DNA of 64,000 nt from Hormiphora californensis (Eukaryota; Animalia; Ctenophora): contig CM035354.1 of NCBI GenBank assembly GCA_020137815.1, positions 1,488,001 through 1,552,000 on the forward strand, in the 5' to 3' direction. The notes below the pieces were generated by a model, which saw only the letters and a list, made by a program, of their open reading frames with translations, searched no databases and had not been told where the DNA came from. Positions 13,644-27,400 of the stretch are shown piece by piece; the first letter of the stretch is position 1, and every line of letters begins with the position of its first letter. The position numbers were made by a program, and so were the translations under genes.

Positions 13644-14314
13644 CTGTGTGATTTTAAATGACTGAGACTGGTATATTGCGAATTGCGTGAAAACTATGGC
13701 ATCTTTCGACTTCAAATTTTGGGACATGATAAAACTAGGTTGTAGCAATTTTCTCCTAGTTTTACAGCAAATTTCAATGTTCCTGAATGAATCTATTGCC
13801 CAAAAACCTCCTCCAACTTTACACAGTCATATCTCTGGAGTCTAATGAGATAGAGAGTTCAAATTTTTAGGAGAGACAGATAAGACGATTTCGAATGTTT
13901 TGTCTGCTTTACGAGTTGCTACATTTTACCATTTGTTCACAGGAACTGTTTAAAGTGATGTAACACGCTCTAATTAGGCCAAATTTAGGTCATTTTACCC
14001 CTCAAAGATCACATGTCCAGCTGCATCTAGTGGGCTAATGAGGCCTTGAACACGCATACGTCACGTGTTACTGTAGGACTACAGCGCTCTCCTTTTCCAT
14101 CTTGAACCAGCAGACATAATCATGGTGTCTGGAAGTGGTAACAAGCTGTAGAAAACCAGACAGACTAGATGCTCTCTACTTCAACGTATCACTCTCCCTT
14201 TCTCGTTATAAGGTCACGTGACTGGAATTGGGATCTCCGTTTCGACATGATCACAATGTCTACAAAGCGTTCTCTCTCTCACACACTCTCACACACACAC
14301 ACTCTCTCTCTCTT

Positions 14315-14378
<64 letters not shown>

Positions 14379-14983
14379 ATGTCGAGATCCCAATTCCAGT
14401 CACGTGACCTTATAACGAGAAAGGGAGAGCTAGAGAGTGATACGTTGAAGTAGAGAGCATCTAGTCTGTCTGGTTTTCTACAGCTTGTTACCACTTCCAG
14501 ACACCATGATCATGTCTGCTGGTTCAAGATGGAAAAGGAGAGCTGTAGTCCTACAGTAGCACGTGACGTATGCGTGTTCAAGGCCTCATTAGCCCACTAG
14601 ATGCAGCTGGACATGTGATCTTTGAGGGGTAAAATGACCTAAATTTGGCCTAATTAGAGCGTGTTACATCACTTTAAACAGTTCCTGTGAACAAATGGTA
14701 AAATGTAGCAACTCGTAAAGCAGACAAAACATTCGAAATCGTCTTATCTGTCTCTCCTAAAAATTTGAACTCTCTATCTCATTAGACTCCAGAGATATGA
14801 CTGTGTAAAGTTGGAGGAGGTTTTTGGGCAATAGATTCATTCAGGAACATTGAAATTTGCTGTAAAACTAGGAGAAAATTGCTACAACCTAGTTTTATCA
14901 TGTCCCAAAATTTGAAGTCGAAAGATGCCATAGTTTTCACGCAATTCGCAATATACCAGTCTCAGTCATTTAAAATCACACAG
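13644..14983. mobile_element. Foldback element with TA TSD (Tc1/mariner-type), about 600-bp arms, CT-microsatellite core
   Basis: TA|CTGTGTGATTTTAAATG...CATTTAAAATCACACAG|TA. The paralogous empty site (gataa-TA-tctatagaat) is at about 15864-15880. Confidence 0.85.
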
Positions 14984-15044
14984 TATCTATAGAATAATAT
15001 TCTATAGATAGATAGATATTCTATAGATATATTCTATAGATATA

Positions 15045-15887
15045 CTAGTAGGCCCGTTCGCCCTACGGGCGAATTTCGGGGAAATGGTAGCTGGATTAGG
15101 GAACGCTGACTCCCTGGCCCCAATTTTACATAAAAGAAAAAACCCTAATTGCAAAAAAAGTCCAGACCCCTTCTATGTAATTGACCAGCAGAAAGGTGCA
15201 CAGCCGAATCGACGAGAAGAGTTCAGAGAGACGAGCTGAGCTCACAATCGACTCTCTACTCGATCGTAACCAGCGAGACGGCCAAAGAGCTACGCAGAAA
15301 GTAGACGTCGCTCCTCTCAATCCTCATCTCTCACTCTCTCTCTCTCTCACTCTCTCTCTCCCACTCTCTCTCTCTCTCTGGTGGTGCTGGTACTCTCTCT
15401 GGTACTGCGTTAATTTACGATGAAGGCAATCTCATATCGAAAATCTCAGCCGCGTGTTCCGTAGAACTGTATGATACTGCTGATAATTATATGGAGGTGC
15501 ATATTGCCACACAACCCGTGTTACGGGTCACGCAGCCTTGAAAATAACAGGTCACGTTCTCACGATAAATCAGCAACTAGTCCATGGTTGCATCATGCAG
15601 GGAAGTGAGACTATTGGTTGTATGGGGGAATGAGACTCTGTTTACTAGAGTTTCAATACTATGGAGCTGCCTCCACGCTAGCGGCTAGCCTCCATAGTGT
15701 CTAATCGAGATCTCGGCATTTCGAGAGAGAACCAGAGAGACTAGATCTCATGGTTCTCTCTCGAAATGCCGAGAGATATATATGCCATGCCATTAGTTGT
15801 GTTATTATTCAGGCAAGCTATTATAACACAATTATGGGGTGATATGTTGAAATGGGCCTCAGTGATAATATCTATAGAATAATATAG
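15045..15887 (-). mobile_element. Non-autonomous Helitron-like element (partial tandem paralog at about 13175-15040)
   Basis: On the minus strand the element ends in the GC hairpin gcccgt-agggcga-acgggc followed by CTAG|T, the Helitron 3' signature. The body is duplicated at 13175-13643. The 5' boundary is uncertain. Confidence 0.55.
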
Positions 15888-15947
15888 GTCATATCCGTAT
15901 CACTCACTTTATTAAAAAGCAAGGAATGGATCCATTAACGCCTTTAA

Positions 15948-17253
15948 GGGTACACCTGGCATTTTTCATCATCGAGTGCCCAACCAAATGACTTCACCAG
16001 GGTTTAGTTCATACAAAATGGACCTCAAATATGCAATTTTAGCCCTAAAGTCGAATTCATATTTTTGCTACAGCCTATTTTCAAAGTGGCGTTTTTTCAA
16101 TTTTTGTCGGAATTTTTAACCTCAGGACCACTTTTTTTGAGATAGAAACATTAAATTCTTGGAATTTGAAGAGAATATAAAGGTGAATAAGCCCAAAGAA
16201 GGATTTTTGAAATGGAGCTTATTTCTGGCCATGAGAACGGTTTACTTTTTTACTTCTTTGACACGCTGGCTGAGAATGTTCCCATGCTTCATTAGAGATG
16301 AAAATCTGGAAATAGTTGCTCAAAACGATTATCTATGTGGCCCAAAAATTTTGGAACTTTCCCGCCAAAGATGTGGTGTATAGAGCTTGTTTTGTGAAAC
16401 CCGTCTTTTTGAAAAAGAGGGAAATTCCCTGTATCTCAAAAACGAATGATCGTAGAGACCTGCGACCAAGCTTAATCGATTCGGAAGGTCCGATTTTGGG
16501 GGGGTCTTCTGAGAGACATTTTGCTCCTACTCCAACCGTTTTTGCTGTAATTGCGAAAAAGGTATCAGCAAGTAAGGGGGAAATCAGCCCGAAGCAGGCT
16601 ACTGGAATAGAGTTGTTCCCCCTTTTCATAGAATTGGTTTTTTGCAATTACAGCAAAAACGGTTGGAGTAGGAGCAAAATGTCTCTCAGAAGACCCCCCC
16701 CCAAAATCGGACCTTCTGAATCGATTAAGCTTGGTCGCAGGTCTCTACGATCATCCGTTTTTGAGATACAGGGAATTTCCCTCTTTTTCAAAAAGACGGG
16801 TTTCACAAAACAAGCTCTGTATACCACATCTTTGGCGGGAAAGTTCCAAAATTTTTGGGCCACATAGATAATCGTTTTGAGCAACTATTTCCAGATTTTC
16901 ATCTCTAATGAAGCATGGGAACATTCTCAGCCAGCGTGTCAAAGAAACAAAAAAAGTAAACCGTTCTCATGGCCAGAAATAAGCTCCATTTCAAAAATCC
17001 TTCTTTGGGCTTATTCACCTTTATATTCTCTTCAAATTCCAAGAATTTAATGTTTCTATCTCAAAAAAAGTGGTCCTGAGGTTAAAAATTCCGACAAAAA
17101 TTGAAAAAACGCCACTTTGAAAATAGGCTGTAGCAAAAATATGAATTCGACTTTAGGGCTAAAATTGCATATTTGAGGTCAATTTTGTATGAACTAAACC
17201 CTGGTGAAGTCATTTGGTTGGGCACTCGATGATGAAAAACGCCAGGTGTACCC
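15948..17253. mobile_element. Kolobok-like foldback, copy 2
   Basis: Same TTAA|GGGTACACC...GGTGTACCC|TTAA structure as copy 1, but a distinct sequence variant. Confidence 0.8.
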
Positions 17254-17958
17254 TTAATGCAAATGCCAAATTGCCTTTAAAACATTGATACTGCAGCAGC
17301 CTGGGCTAGATCCCTACAATATAAACTATATTTCTGTACAATGCACTAGGTCGCAATGGTACCAATGGAGTATTTTTTAATTAAAAATATGGGGTATTGA
17401 CGGAAACATTAAGAAACAACAGTTGATCTACCGAACCCCCACATTGGTGACATGGACAGTGTCCATGTTCACCAATGTGGGGGTCCATTAGACACATGTG
17501 AGAGATCAGCGAGAATTTAAGTGGCAACATGGTTCCAAACCCTCACATAGCCACACAAGAAACAACTTGTCGATTGTGAAACGGTTCATTTGGCCCGGGT
17601 CATATCAGTAGTTTTACATCGCAGAAAGATGACATCCTTCTTATTATGTATATTTCTCCGATTGGTCACGTGATGTCACGAAGAAATAAGATCGGCGCCA
17701 TCAGACAGCTTATATTGTTCAGACGGTTCATTATGAATGAACAATGTCACATTTCAATTCAAAGAATTGAACCCATTGTATCTCAGCGATAAATTGGTCT
17801 TTTGAGAGCGAGGAAAAAGACAAAATGCACAAAGGGCTATTTTCTACTACATACATACCTACAAATTAATATTGTCAAATTCTGGTTCGGTCCACTCTCA
17901 CTTTGATAGCACTATATAGATTGAAAACCTTCCTTCCAGTTGCAGTTTCACTGATGAA

Positions 17959-18016
17959 TAGTGTCTGACTGTGGTTCGGAAACCCCCTACTGCACGGAGA
18001 CCACAGTCAGACCCTA
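17959..18016. mobile_element. 58-bp hAT MITE (deletion derivative of the 35874-36206 family)
   Basis: TAGTGTCTGACTGTGG...CCACAGTCAGACCCTA with 8-bp TSD CTGATGAA. Confidence 0.8.
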
Positions 18017-18615
18017 CTGATGAATCTGGGCTTGGGGTGAAAACAAAAACTGACAGATAGCCCAGGACTCAATTCGTACAAACTCGATAATATTGTGCCA
18101 AGAAAGCTGTTATTAATCATTATTTTAGGGGAAACTCTAGCTGGATGAATTATATTACATGTGTAGTATGTAGTAAATTATCGGTAGCCTGAAGCCGTTC
18201 TATCAACTGCAGCTTTCCTTGTACAGCTTGACCACCACATACACATATTCACTCAAGCTGTTATTTATATAATAATAACCCCAGAAATGATATTATAATA
18301 ACAGTTTCTTAGCCGATATTACCTTCAGGCATTGTTCATTAATTCATTCCTTTTGGAGAAGATTGGGTCACAGGTTACTCGATAATAATACAGGTGGTAG
18401 AACCAAAATTAATTTTCCCACGTTCAAATAGGTTCAAAGCAAATGTCTCCAGAACGTTTTAGAGCATACTCTCGACAACCCGGGCTTATCGTCGCCAAAG
18501 GGTTAATAAACACTGCCTGAATGAATTTCACCTTGAAGATAATAATGATGTTATTTTGACTATTTTTATCCAACTCTAATGATTATAATACCATTCCATC
18601 TGCAGTATATCGGTA

Positions 18616-18786
18616 CAGTCGGACCCCGATTTAGGGACACCCTCGGGGGAAAGGCTCTTGTCCACTAAATCGGGGTGTCCACTAAATCGGGGTCAAATAA
18701 TGTTAATTTCCTATATCGGGGGAAAAAATCCTGTCCCTAAATCGGGGTGCCACTAAATCGGGGGCCCCTAAATCGGGGTCCGACTG
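18616..18786. mobile_element. pogo-type MITE, short form
   Basis: TA|CAGTCGGACCCCGATTTAG...AAATCGGGGTCCGACTG|TA. Confidence 0.85.
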
Positions 18787-19976
18787 TACTATTATTCACA
18801 TGTACTGCTAGTGCAGTAGCAGTAGCAGTATAGTACTAATACTACCCTACAGTGACTGTATGAAGATAGGTGCAGCTACAGAGTGGCCGCTATTTCGAAT
18901 CGGTAAGTGATAATTCATAGCAAGCTCTCTCGACATTTATGTCAGCACTCACTCAAGAAGTTTCCTGTCTCCTACCTTTATAACTCTCCTCCTCCCAGTG
19001 TTTCTCCTCCTCCGAGAGTGTTTCACGTTACTTCGGAATTGCGTTTTCTTTGTAGCTGCATGCAGTGTGCTTGGTGACCTATAATGTGTGCAAGATGGAA
19101 GTCGCGAAATGAAGAGGTGCAGCAATGGTACGGTACCTTTGCTGCACCTATATTCATTTCGCGACTTCCATCTTGCACCATTATGTGTGAATCCATATTT
19201 GTATTCCACATGTATATTTATTTCAAATACTATAAAATCTCTTGTTCTCTTCGGGAGGGAGGGTCGAACAAGGCAAAAAATCTCATTCAGGAGAATGTTT
19301 TGTGGAATTTTTCAAAGCAGATTTTTTCGACCTATGCATTATAGCTTGGACAATATGTTTTGACACCTCGAGTATAATATGCCCTTCGTATGCAAGCTAA
19401 TGCATAATGCGGCTTCAAAGTGTCAACCTCTTCTGTCATATACTTTGACTCAAAGCCCTATATAAACTTCTTCTCTTCTAGTATCTGGTGCGTCGATTGT
19501 TGTTGACTATCGTTGTTATGTTAGCTACGTTAACCTCTTCCCCCAAGCATCCCGGTAAATCGGGGTTTCAAACTTTGACTCAAGTCAAGTTGAGGCAATT
19601 TCTGTCTCAAGTTTTACATTCATTTGGTTTTGCATACATATTTGTATTATTGGTCATTGTGGGTTATAAATCTCATTAGTTTACTATCTACCCAGTTTCC
19701 ACGCCGTTGTATGTCTGAAGTGCCAAATCCAGAAGACAGTTCATACATTGCTCACATAATATACATAACTAGATTAACCAAACCAAATCCTGAGCTGTTA
19801 GAAGCTGTTATAGTCTACAGTATTAGTAAGACTAATGAACTGCTATATATATATCCCGGCAACACGAATATAATCCACGCATAATATACTATCAACTCTA
19901 TAATAACTCTGAATAGCATAGCTCCCCTATAGCGTATTATAATAGCCCTATGATATCCATAGTCCACCCTACTATT

Positions 19977-20085
19977 CAGGAACCGACCGAATCAGGAAAT
20001 ACTGGTCCCTGATTGGCTGATAACGAGTCACGTGACCTAAATAACGTGTTCTGATTGGTTGTTTACTTGGTTCGGTCGGTTCCTG
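19977..20085. mobile_element. hAT-type MITE
   Basis: CAGGAACCGACCGAA...TTCGGTCGGTTCCTG with an imperfect 8-bp TSD (ctactatt / ccactatc). Confidence 0.75.
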
Positions 20086-21458
20086 CCACTATCATAGCAA
20101 CACAAACAAAGCTAGGACCGGGATGCAGATCACAGGAATATTATATATCGATAATTTGCACAGTGTAATTGATTTATTAGGAGCTAGGCCCAATGTTTGT
20201 ATGGGACAATATATATCTCTTGAAGCTATTATTATATGATCTCGCCCCCTTCCTTTGTCTACCCGCTCTTCGCAGCTTTGCTTATATATTGTGAGCCTGG
20301 ATCATCACATCAGCTCAAAGTGCGTGGTTAATTGTTGTGTGGCCTGGATAGGACAAAGCCACCAAAGAGTGGAACATTGTTGAATTCATTGGACCATATT
20401 GTTGAATGACCCCTTCACTCCTTCTATAGTGGCCGGGGGGTAGGGGGTGTTCTACACATGTGTCCACTATACAACTCATGATACAACTCATGTGTTCATT
20501 CTTTGATCCTAGCTTTGTAAACAGTAGTATCGATTGGTGTACCATCACATACACATGTGTAATACTCAGTAATATAACTCAGTGAGTTTATTACTCACAC
20601 TAGGCGCATGACGATTCAGTAGTATAGCCGCAGATTGTCCTGGACCGGCAGCGTATACTTAGCATATATAGGAGACGAATTCATAAAAAACGATTCTCTA
20701 AAACCAATAACGGAGTGTGTGACTACGATCTCGCACAATGTGTGACTTTGATCTCGCCCCCATATGTCTATGCCACTATGATATTAAATAGTATCGATTT
20801 AAGTAAAATGCAACTCACTACTATATGCGAATGATTCTGAATAACTTGTTATCTCTAAATGCTTCCCGAGAATTCTCTTGGTGTGTTATCTATCAAAGAG
20901 TGATTTGGTAAATAAATATAAGGGGGTTACAAAGAGCTAGAGCAAAGATCTTTGCTTAATAAGATGACAATATGTGCCTATAATACTCGATCTATACTAG
21001 ATCTGCACTAGTTCAGATCTAGTATACGCAGCTGCTAAAGGTAACAATTGTCGCATTTTTCAAACATATTATAACTCACCTATATAAAAACAGCTGTGGG
21101 CACAATGCGAACTAAATGAGGCGTGATTGACGAGGGCTGCATAATTTAGAGGTACATACTTTAGTACTACTAGTAGTAGTTACTATATGTAGCTACTATA
21201 TAGAGCGGACTTGATTGTACTGCGATGCTTCTATAATACTAACACATTCACTACAACTGTTTCAATAAACGTGGGACTTGTCACCCCAATTGTGTATTTA
21301 CAGAACTCGACTCATACAGTTCACTGTCATCCTCAATAAATAGTTTTACGTTGTAGTTGATGAAAGTTAGTCAATGGATAATGACTTTAATAATTGTTAA
21401 ATATAATAAATATTTTACCCCATAGATCTATAGAGACTAATATATCATCAGTGGAAAT

Positions 21459-24400
21459 ATGGCTGATCCATGTTGTGCACGATGTGGTAAAGCGGCTCAG
21501 TTAGCGCCTTGTTACCAAAGAGAGGATACCCTGGAACAGTACCATTATCAGTGCATCATGATATCCATACAACTTGAGAAACCTTTTGCTCTGGAACAAT
21601 CCACGCCTTTTGAGAGGTAGGTCTTCTGGAACAATCCACACCCTTCGAGAGGTAGGTCTTCTGGAACAATCCACACCTTTTGAGAGGTAGGTCTTCTGGA
21701 ACAATCCACACCCTTCGAGAGGTAGGTCTTCTGGAACAATCCACGCCTTTTGAGAGGTAGGTCTTCTGGAACAATCCACACCCTTCGAGAGGTAGGTCTT
21801 CTGGAACAATCCACGCCCTTCGAGAGGTAGGTCTTCTGGAACAATCCACACCCTTCGAGAGGTAGGTCTTCTGGAACAATCTACACCTTTTGAGAGGTAG
21901 GTCTTCTGGAACAATCCACACCCTTCGAGAGGTAGGTCTTCTGGAACAATCCACACCTTTTGAGAGGTAGGTCTTCTGGAACAATCCACACCCTTCGAGA
22001 GGTAGGTCTTCTGGAACAATCCACACCTTTTGAGAGGTAGGTCTTCTGGAACAATCCACACCCTTCGAGAGGTAGGTCTTCTGGAACAATCCACACCCTT
22101 TGAGAGGTAGGTCTTCTGGAACAATCCACACCCTTCGAGAGGTAGGTCTTCTGGAACAATCCACACCCTTCAAGAGGTAGGTCTTCTGGAACAATCCACA
22201 CCCTTCGAGAGGTAGGTCTTCTGGAACAATCCACACCCTTTGAGAGGTAGATCTTCTGGAACAATCCACACCTTTTGAGAGGTAGGTCTTCTGGAACAAT
22301 CCACACCCTTCGAGAGGTAGATCTTCTGGAACAATCCACACCTTTTGAGAGGTAGGTCTTCTGGAACAATCCACACCCTTCGAGAGGTAGGTCTTCTGGA
22401 ACAATCCACACCCTTTGAGAGGTAGGTCTTCTGGAACAATCCACACCCTTCGAGAGGTAGGTCTTCTGGAACAATCCACACCCTTCAAGAGGTAGGTCTT
22501 CTGGAACAATCCACACCCTTCGAGAGGTAGGTCTTCTGGAACAATCCACACCCTTTGAGAGGTAGATCTTCTGGAACAATCCACACCTTTTGAGAGGTAG
22601 GTCTTCTGGAACAATCCACACCCTTCGAGAGGTAGATCTTCTGGAACAATCCACACCTTTTGAGAGGTAGGTCTTCTGGAACAATCCACACCCTTCGAGA
22701 GGTAGGTCTTCTGGAACAATCCACGCCCTTCGAGAGGTAGGTCTTCTGGAACAATCTACACCTTTTGAGAGGTAGGTCTTCTGGAACAATCCACACCCTT
22801 CAAGAGGTAGGTCTTCTGGAACAATCCACACCCTTCGAGAGGTAGGTCTTCTGGAACAATCCACACCCTTCGAGAGGTAGGTCTTCTGGAACAATCCACA
22901 CCTTTTGAGAGGTAGGTCTTCTGGAACAATCCACACCCTTCGAGAGGTAGGTCTTCTGGAACAATCCACACCCTTCGAGAGGTAGGTCTTCTGGAACAAT
23001 CCACACCCTTTGAGAGGTAGGTCTTCTGGAACAATCCACACCCTTCGAGAGGTAGGTCTTCTGGAACAATCCACACCCTTCAAGAGGTAGGTCTTCTGGA
23101 ACAATCCACACCCTTCGAGAGGTAGGTCTTCTGGAACAATCCACACCCTTTGAGAGGTAGATCTTCTGGAACAATCCACACCTTTTGAGAGGTAGGTCTT
23201 CTGGAACAATCCACACCCTTCGAGAGGTAGATCTTCTGGAACAATCCACACCTTTTGAGAGGTAGGTCTTCTGGAACAATCCACACCCTTCGAGAGGTAG
23301 GTCTTCTGGAACAATCCACACCCTTCGAGAGGTAGGTCTTCTGGAACAATCCACACCCTTCGAGAGGTAGGTCTTCTGGAACAATCCACACCCTTCGAGA
23401 GGTAGGTCTTCTGGAACAATCCACACCCTTCGAGAGGTAGGTCTTCTGGAACAATCCACACCTTTTGAGAGGTATGAATTTACGATTTTTGGGCGTAGGA
23501 CAATCATGGGGAAGATAGTTGTACTTGAATCTTTATAGGTTCATGTCACGGCTATTTACCACTAAGACCTCAAATCTCAGGACTCAGTGACGGCTATTCC
23601 CTGAGATTTCAGGGAGATTTTCAGCCAAGAACAGCCCTGAGAACTTAAGTTTCAGGGGTAATAAACCGTGACCTGAATTTGAGCTCCTGCAGTCACAACC
23701 TTTTCCCCATAAAGAGGTTTTTAAGTTGGTGGGTGCGAGATCATTATAAATCACGCAGCGACTAAATATTCAGTAGTTGCGCACACGAAGTATTTAGTAA
23801 ATACTTCGTGTGCTATTTAGTAAATACTTCGTGTACTATTTACTATTTACTTTAGTGATTTTATAATGGTATCAAGACGTGGTGATGTATGACTTTGTAT
23901 GGTTAATGCCATTATAAACACAGCGTGATCTCCATCACGCTCTGTGAGCATTTGATTCAATGGTTTGGTGAGACAAAATTCTGCGGATGATTTATTCATC
24001 ATCAATGGTGCAGATCAATCTACATGATTCAAGGGGTAAAATTCAGGGATATAAATACTGCATTATTATGCGTTCAACTTGATTATGATCAATCTACAGT
24101 CCGCAGAATTTTGTTATTGATTGAATAGCTCGACAGAGGTTGAGTCACGTGACACTGTGTATGAACAATTCAACTCAGAGGTTGATCGCAGTACAATTCC
24201 GTAATAAATATGAAGCTCGGCCCGAATTTATAGAGTACTCAACTCTATAACATTGCAAGTATTTTATATACCTAAATTTAGAATAATATTAAGAATATAC
24301 TCCATTATCCCGATTCTATTATCTCTCTCTTTTATAGGCTTGGAAAGTTTGAGAAGATAGTGCTAGGGGAACACAACAAGCTCCGAGCACAACACAACTC

Positions 24401-27400
24401 CCCCGCTCTACGGTGGAGTGCACGATGCGAGGAACACGCTCGGAAATGGTAAGGTACACGACAAAACAAAGGGATATTTTGGGTACAAAGTTTTGGGCAG
24501 GGATTCCGGCCAGCTGGGAATTACCCCCTATTTTATGCAAGAGAGGCGCATTGAGGGTCTATTAAAGTGTGATGGGGTTCGTTGTACCATGTATCCAAGT
24601 AGTTAAGCGTCTGAGACATGTCTCGTCAAAAGATTTCAAGATAACAATTTAACTATCTGCAGTCTGTACCCATGTCCCAATGGACATGGCCATCCAAGTA
24701 GTAAAAAGACACCACCACTCTGTCTGAGCATTGGCCTGACAGCCACCACTCAACTTTTTATGCACCTAGACAGTCCATAATAAAAAAGCTCCCACGTTTT
24801 ATTTAATTAACTAGACAGTCCATAATAAAAAAGCTACTACAGTCGGACCCCGATTTAGTGGCATCCTCGGGGGAAAAAAATCCTGCCACTAAATCGGGGT
24901 GCCACTAAATCGAGGTGAGCCATATTTGGCCCATAAAAACCTATTTTATGCCCAAAATGCTATACTAAAACTAAAGACACCTCTAACTGTTATATGCAAT
25001 GTTCATGTATTGTTGACATGATCATTTCTGATTAGAAATAGAAAACTATAAAATAATTTTTTCAAAAAATTGTGAACAATTTTCTAAGTTATACCGGCCC
25101 GTCCGATTTGTGTTTCGAATCGGTGCAGCTTACTGGATATCCTGTCGCTAATTAGCGGGTTCGAAACGAACCGATACGTGATACCATGCCGAATTGGGGC
25201 ACCCTAAGCAGGTGAGGAAGTATCAAAATTTCAAAATAACTTTTTCTCTCAAAATTTATGGGGAGCACCGATCAAAGCATTGGCAATCTTACTATAAAAT
25301 TTTGCAAAAAAAAGTTTTAAAATTTTTAAAGGTATACCAGCCACGTCCGAATCCTTTTTCGAATCGGTGCATCTTATGGCATGTCCTGCTACTAATTAGA
25401 CGGTTCGGGACGAATCGAAACGTGATCCCCATCGAATCGAAATTTTGACGCTAATTGGTGAACCTGTGATTCAATGGCCCCATGGGTATCACGTATCGGT
25501 TCGTTCCGAACCGTCTAATTAGCAGCAGGACATGCGATAAGATTCACTGATTCGAAAAACGATTCGGACGTGGCTGGTGTTTCTTTGAAAAATTTTCAAA
25601 AAAATTTCACAAAAAAATTCAAAAAAATTTTTGGGGGAAAAAAATCCTGCCACTAAATCGGGGTGCCACTAAATCGGGGGCCACTAAATCGGGGTCCGAC
25701 TGTACTTTTTATTCAACAAGTTCATGTGTTGCCACGTTAGATATGAGTCTCATTATCAATAAGTTGATGTAATAAATAGGGACAAATTGAGACTCGTTGA
25801 TTTTTATTTCAGGAATAACTCGACGTTTCGCCGTTCGACGGCATCATCAGGATAATCTATAAATGAAGTTAGCATGGGTAGTCACGACCATACTTTCACC
25901 CCTACTCAAGCACGTCCCCTCACATCTATCTAACATTCATGATCATCTTACCACCCTCCATAACTTACCACCCACCCAACTCCACGACATGTCATTCTTT
26001 TCAGCTGACGTAGTCTCACTATACACCAATATCAACATACAGGCGAGTGTGAAGTCAGTGATCGAATTCTCTCTTGAACACTGGGAGGAGTTGGATACCT
26101 GGGGGATCTCTGCCACAGACATACACCGGATGTTGGATTTTGTCATGGAGAACTCGTTCTTTGTGTACAATAGTAGGCTATACCAACAACTAGTCGGACT
26201 GTTTATGGGTTGTAAACCATCCCCCTTGGCAGCCATCATCCGTGTGTACATGTATGAAAGATCTAGTATATACCTCGACCTCCACCTCACATTCTACGGG
26301 AGATACGTTGACGATACCGGAGCGTTTGCCAGATCCAAAGTAGAAGCTGAAGCAATGGTGGCGAGTATAGCAGCAGAGGACCCCGACCAACTTCTACAGT
26401 GGGAAGTGGATTATCCAGAGAAAGGAGATTGGGTTCCGTTTTTGGATGCTGAGATACGTGTTTCTGATGAGAGTATCATCGAACATAGATACTTCCGGAA
26501 ACCTCAGAAGAAACCTATCACACTCCATGCTAACAGTCATCACCCGGAAACTGTGAAACTCCAGACTATCAGGAGTTTCTACCGAACAGCAGATACATGT
26601 TCATCGAATGCCTATCCACCAGGATCACTCGAGAAACATTGTTGACAAGCTGTTGATGAACAACGGATACCCGAATCCTAGAGAACTGTCTGAACAACGC
26701 CTTATGAAGATAAACACATCACGCGATCACTCAACAGTACTCAAACTTCCATACATCAGTGAATCATTCACCCAATTCGTCACATCATTTATCACCTCTC
26801 ACAACCTCCCTATTCGCACTGTATTCACCCCAGGAACCAAGTTACGGAACTTGTTCTGTAAATCACGACCATATGATAGGCCCCATTGTCACCTCACTAA
26901 CTGCCTCATATGCCCCCTCATAAACCACTCTACCCTAGATTGTACAGTTAAAGGCGTTGTATATAAAATTGAGTGTAAATTATGTAAACAGATTTATGTA
27001 GGAGAGACAGCACGACCGTGTCGTGAGAGATTCAAAGAACATAGATTGGCAGCAATATCGCCCAATACCTATCCTAATGAAGCTCTCGCGACACACTATT
27101 CAACTATTCATGACGGAGAACCTCCTGATCTAGAATTCAATATACTGGAAACTGGGCTTGACCAACCAGTGAGAAGGAAGGTGATGGAGGCAATCCATAT
27201 TAAACTATTAATGCCTACTATTAACAAGAGAGAAGAAGGTGATACGATTGAACAGTTTATTATCTAGTCAGTACAATGTTCAGTTCCTAGTTTTTGCGTG
27301 TGTGTATATTTTGTATAGATCATATTTCGTGTATTTCGTCTATTTTTACTAATATGTGACCCATTTCATTTATAGATTATCCTGATGATGCCGTCGAACG

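Noticed and set aside
17435-17484. Hairpin resembling the 9-bp-TSD family TIR
   Set aside because: The flanks are inverted rather than direct, so there is no TSD and it was not counted as a member.
21501-23507. Long ORFs (up to 526 aa), and a CRISPR-like or RT-associated reading of the 35-bp array
   Set aside because: The units are contiguous with no unique spacers and there are no cas genes. The ORFs are stop-free readings of the repeat. The nearby RT is a self-contained PLE with its own TSD.
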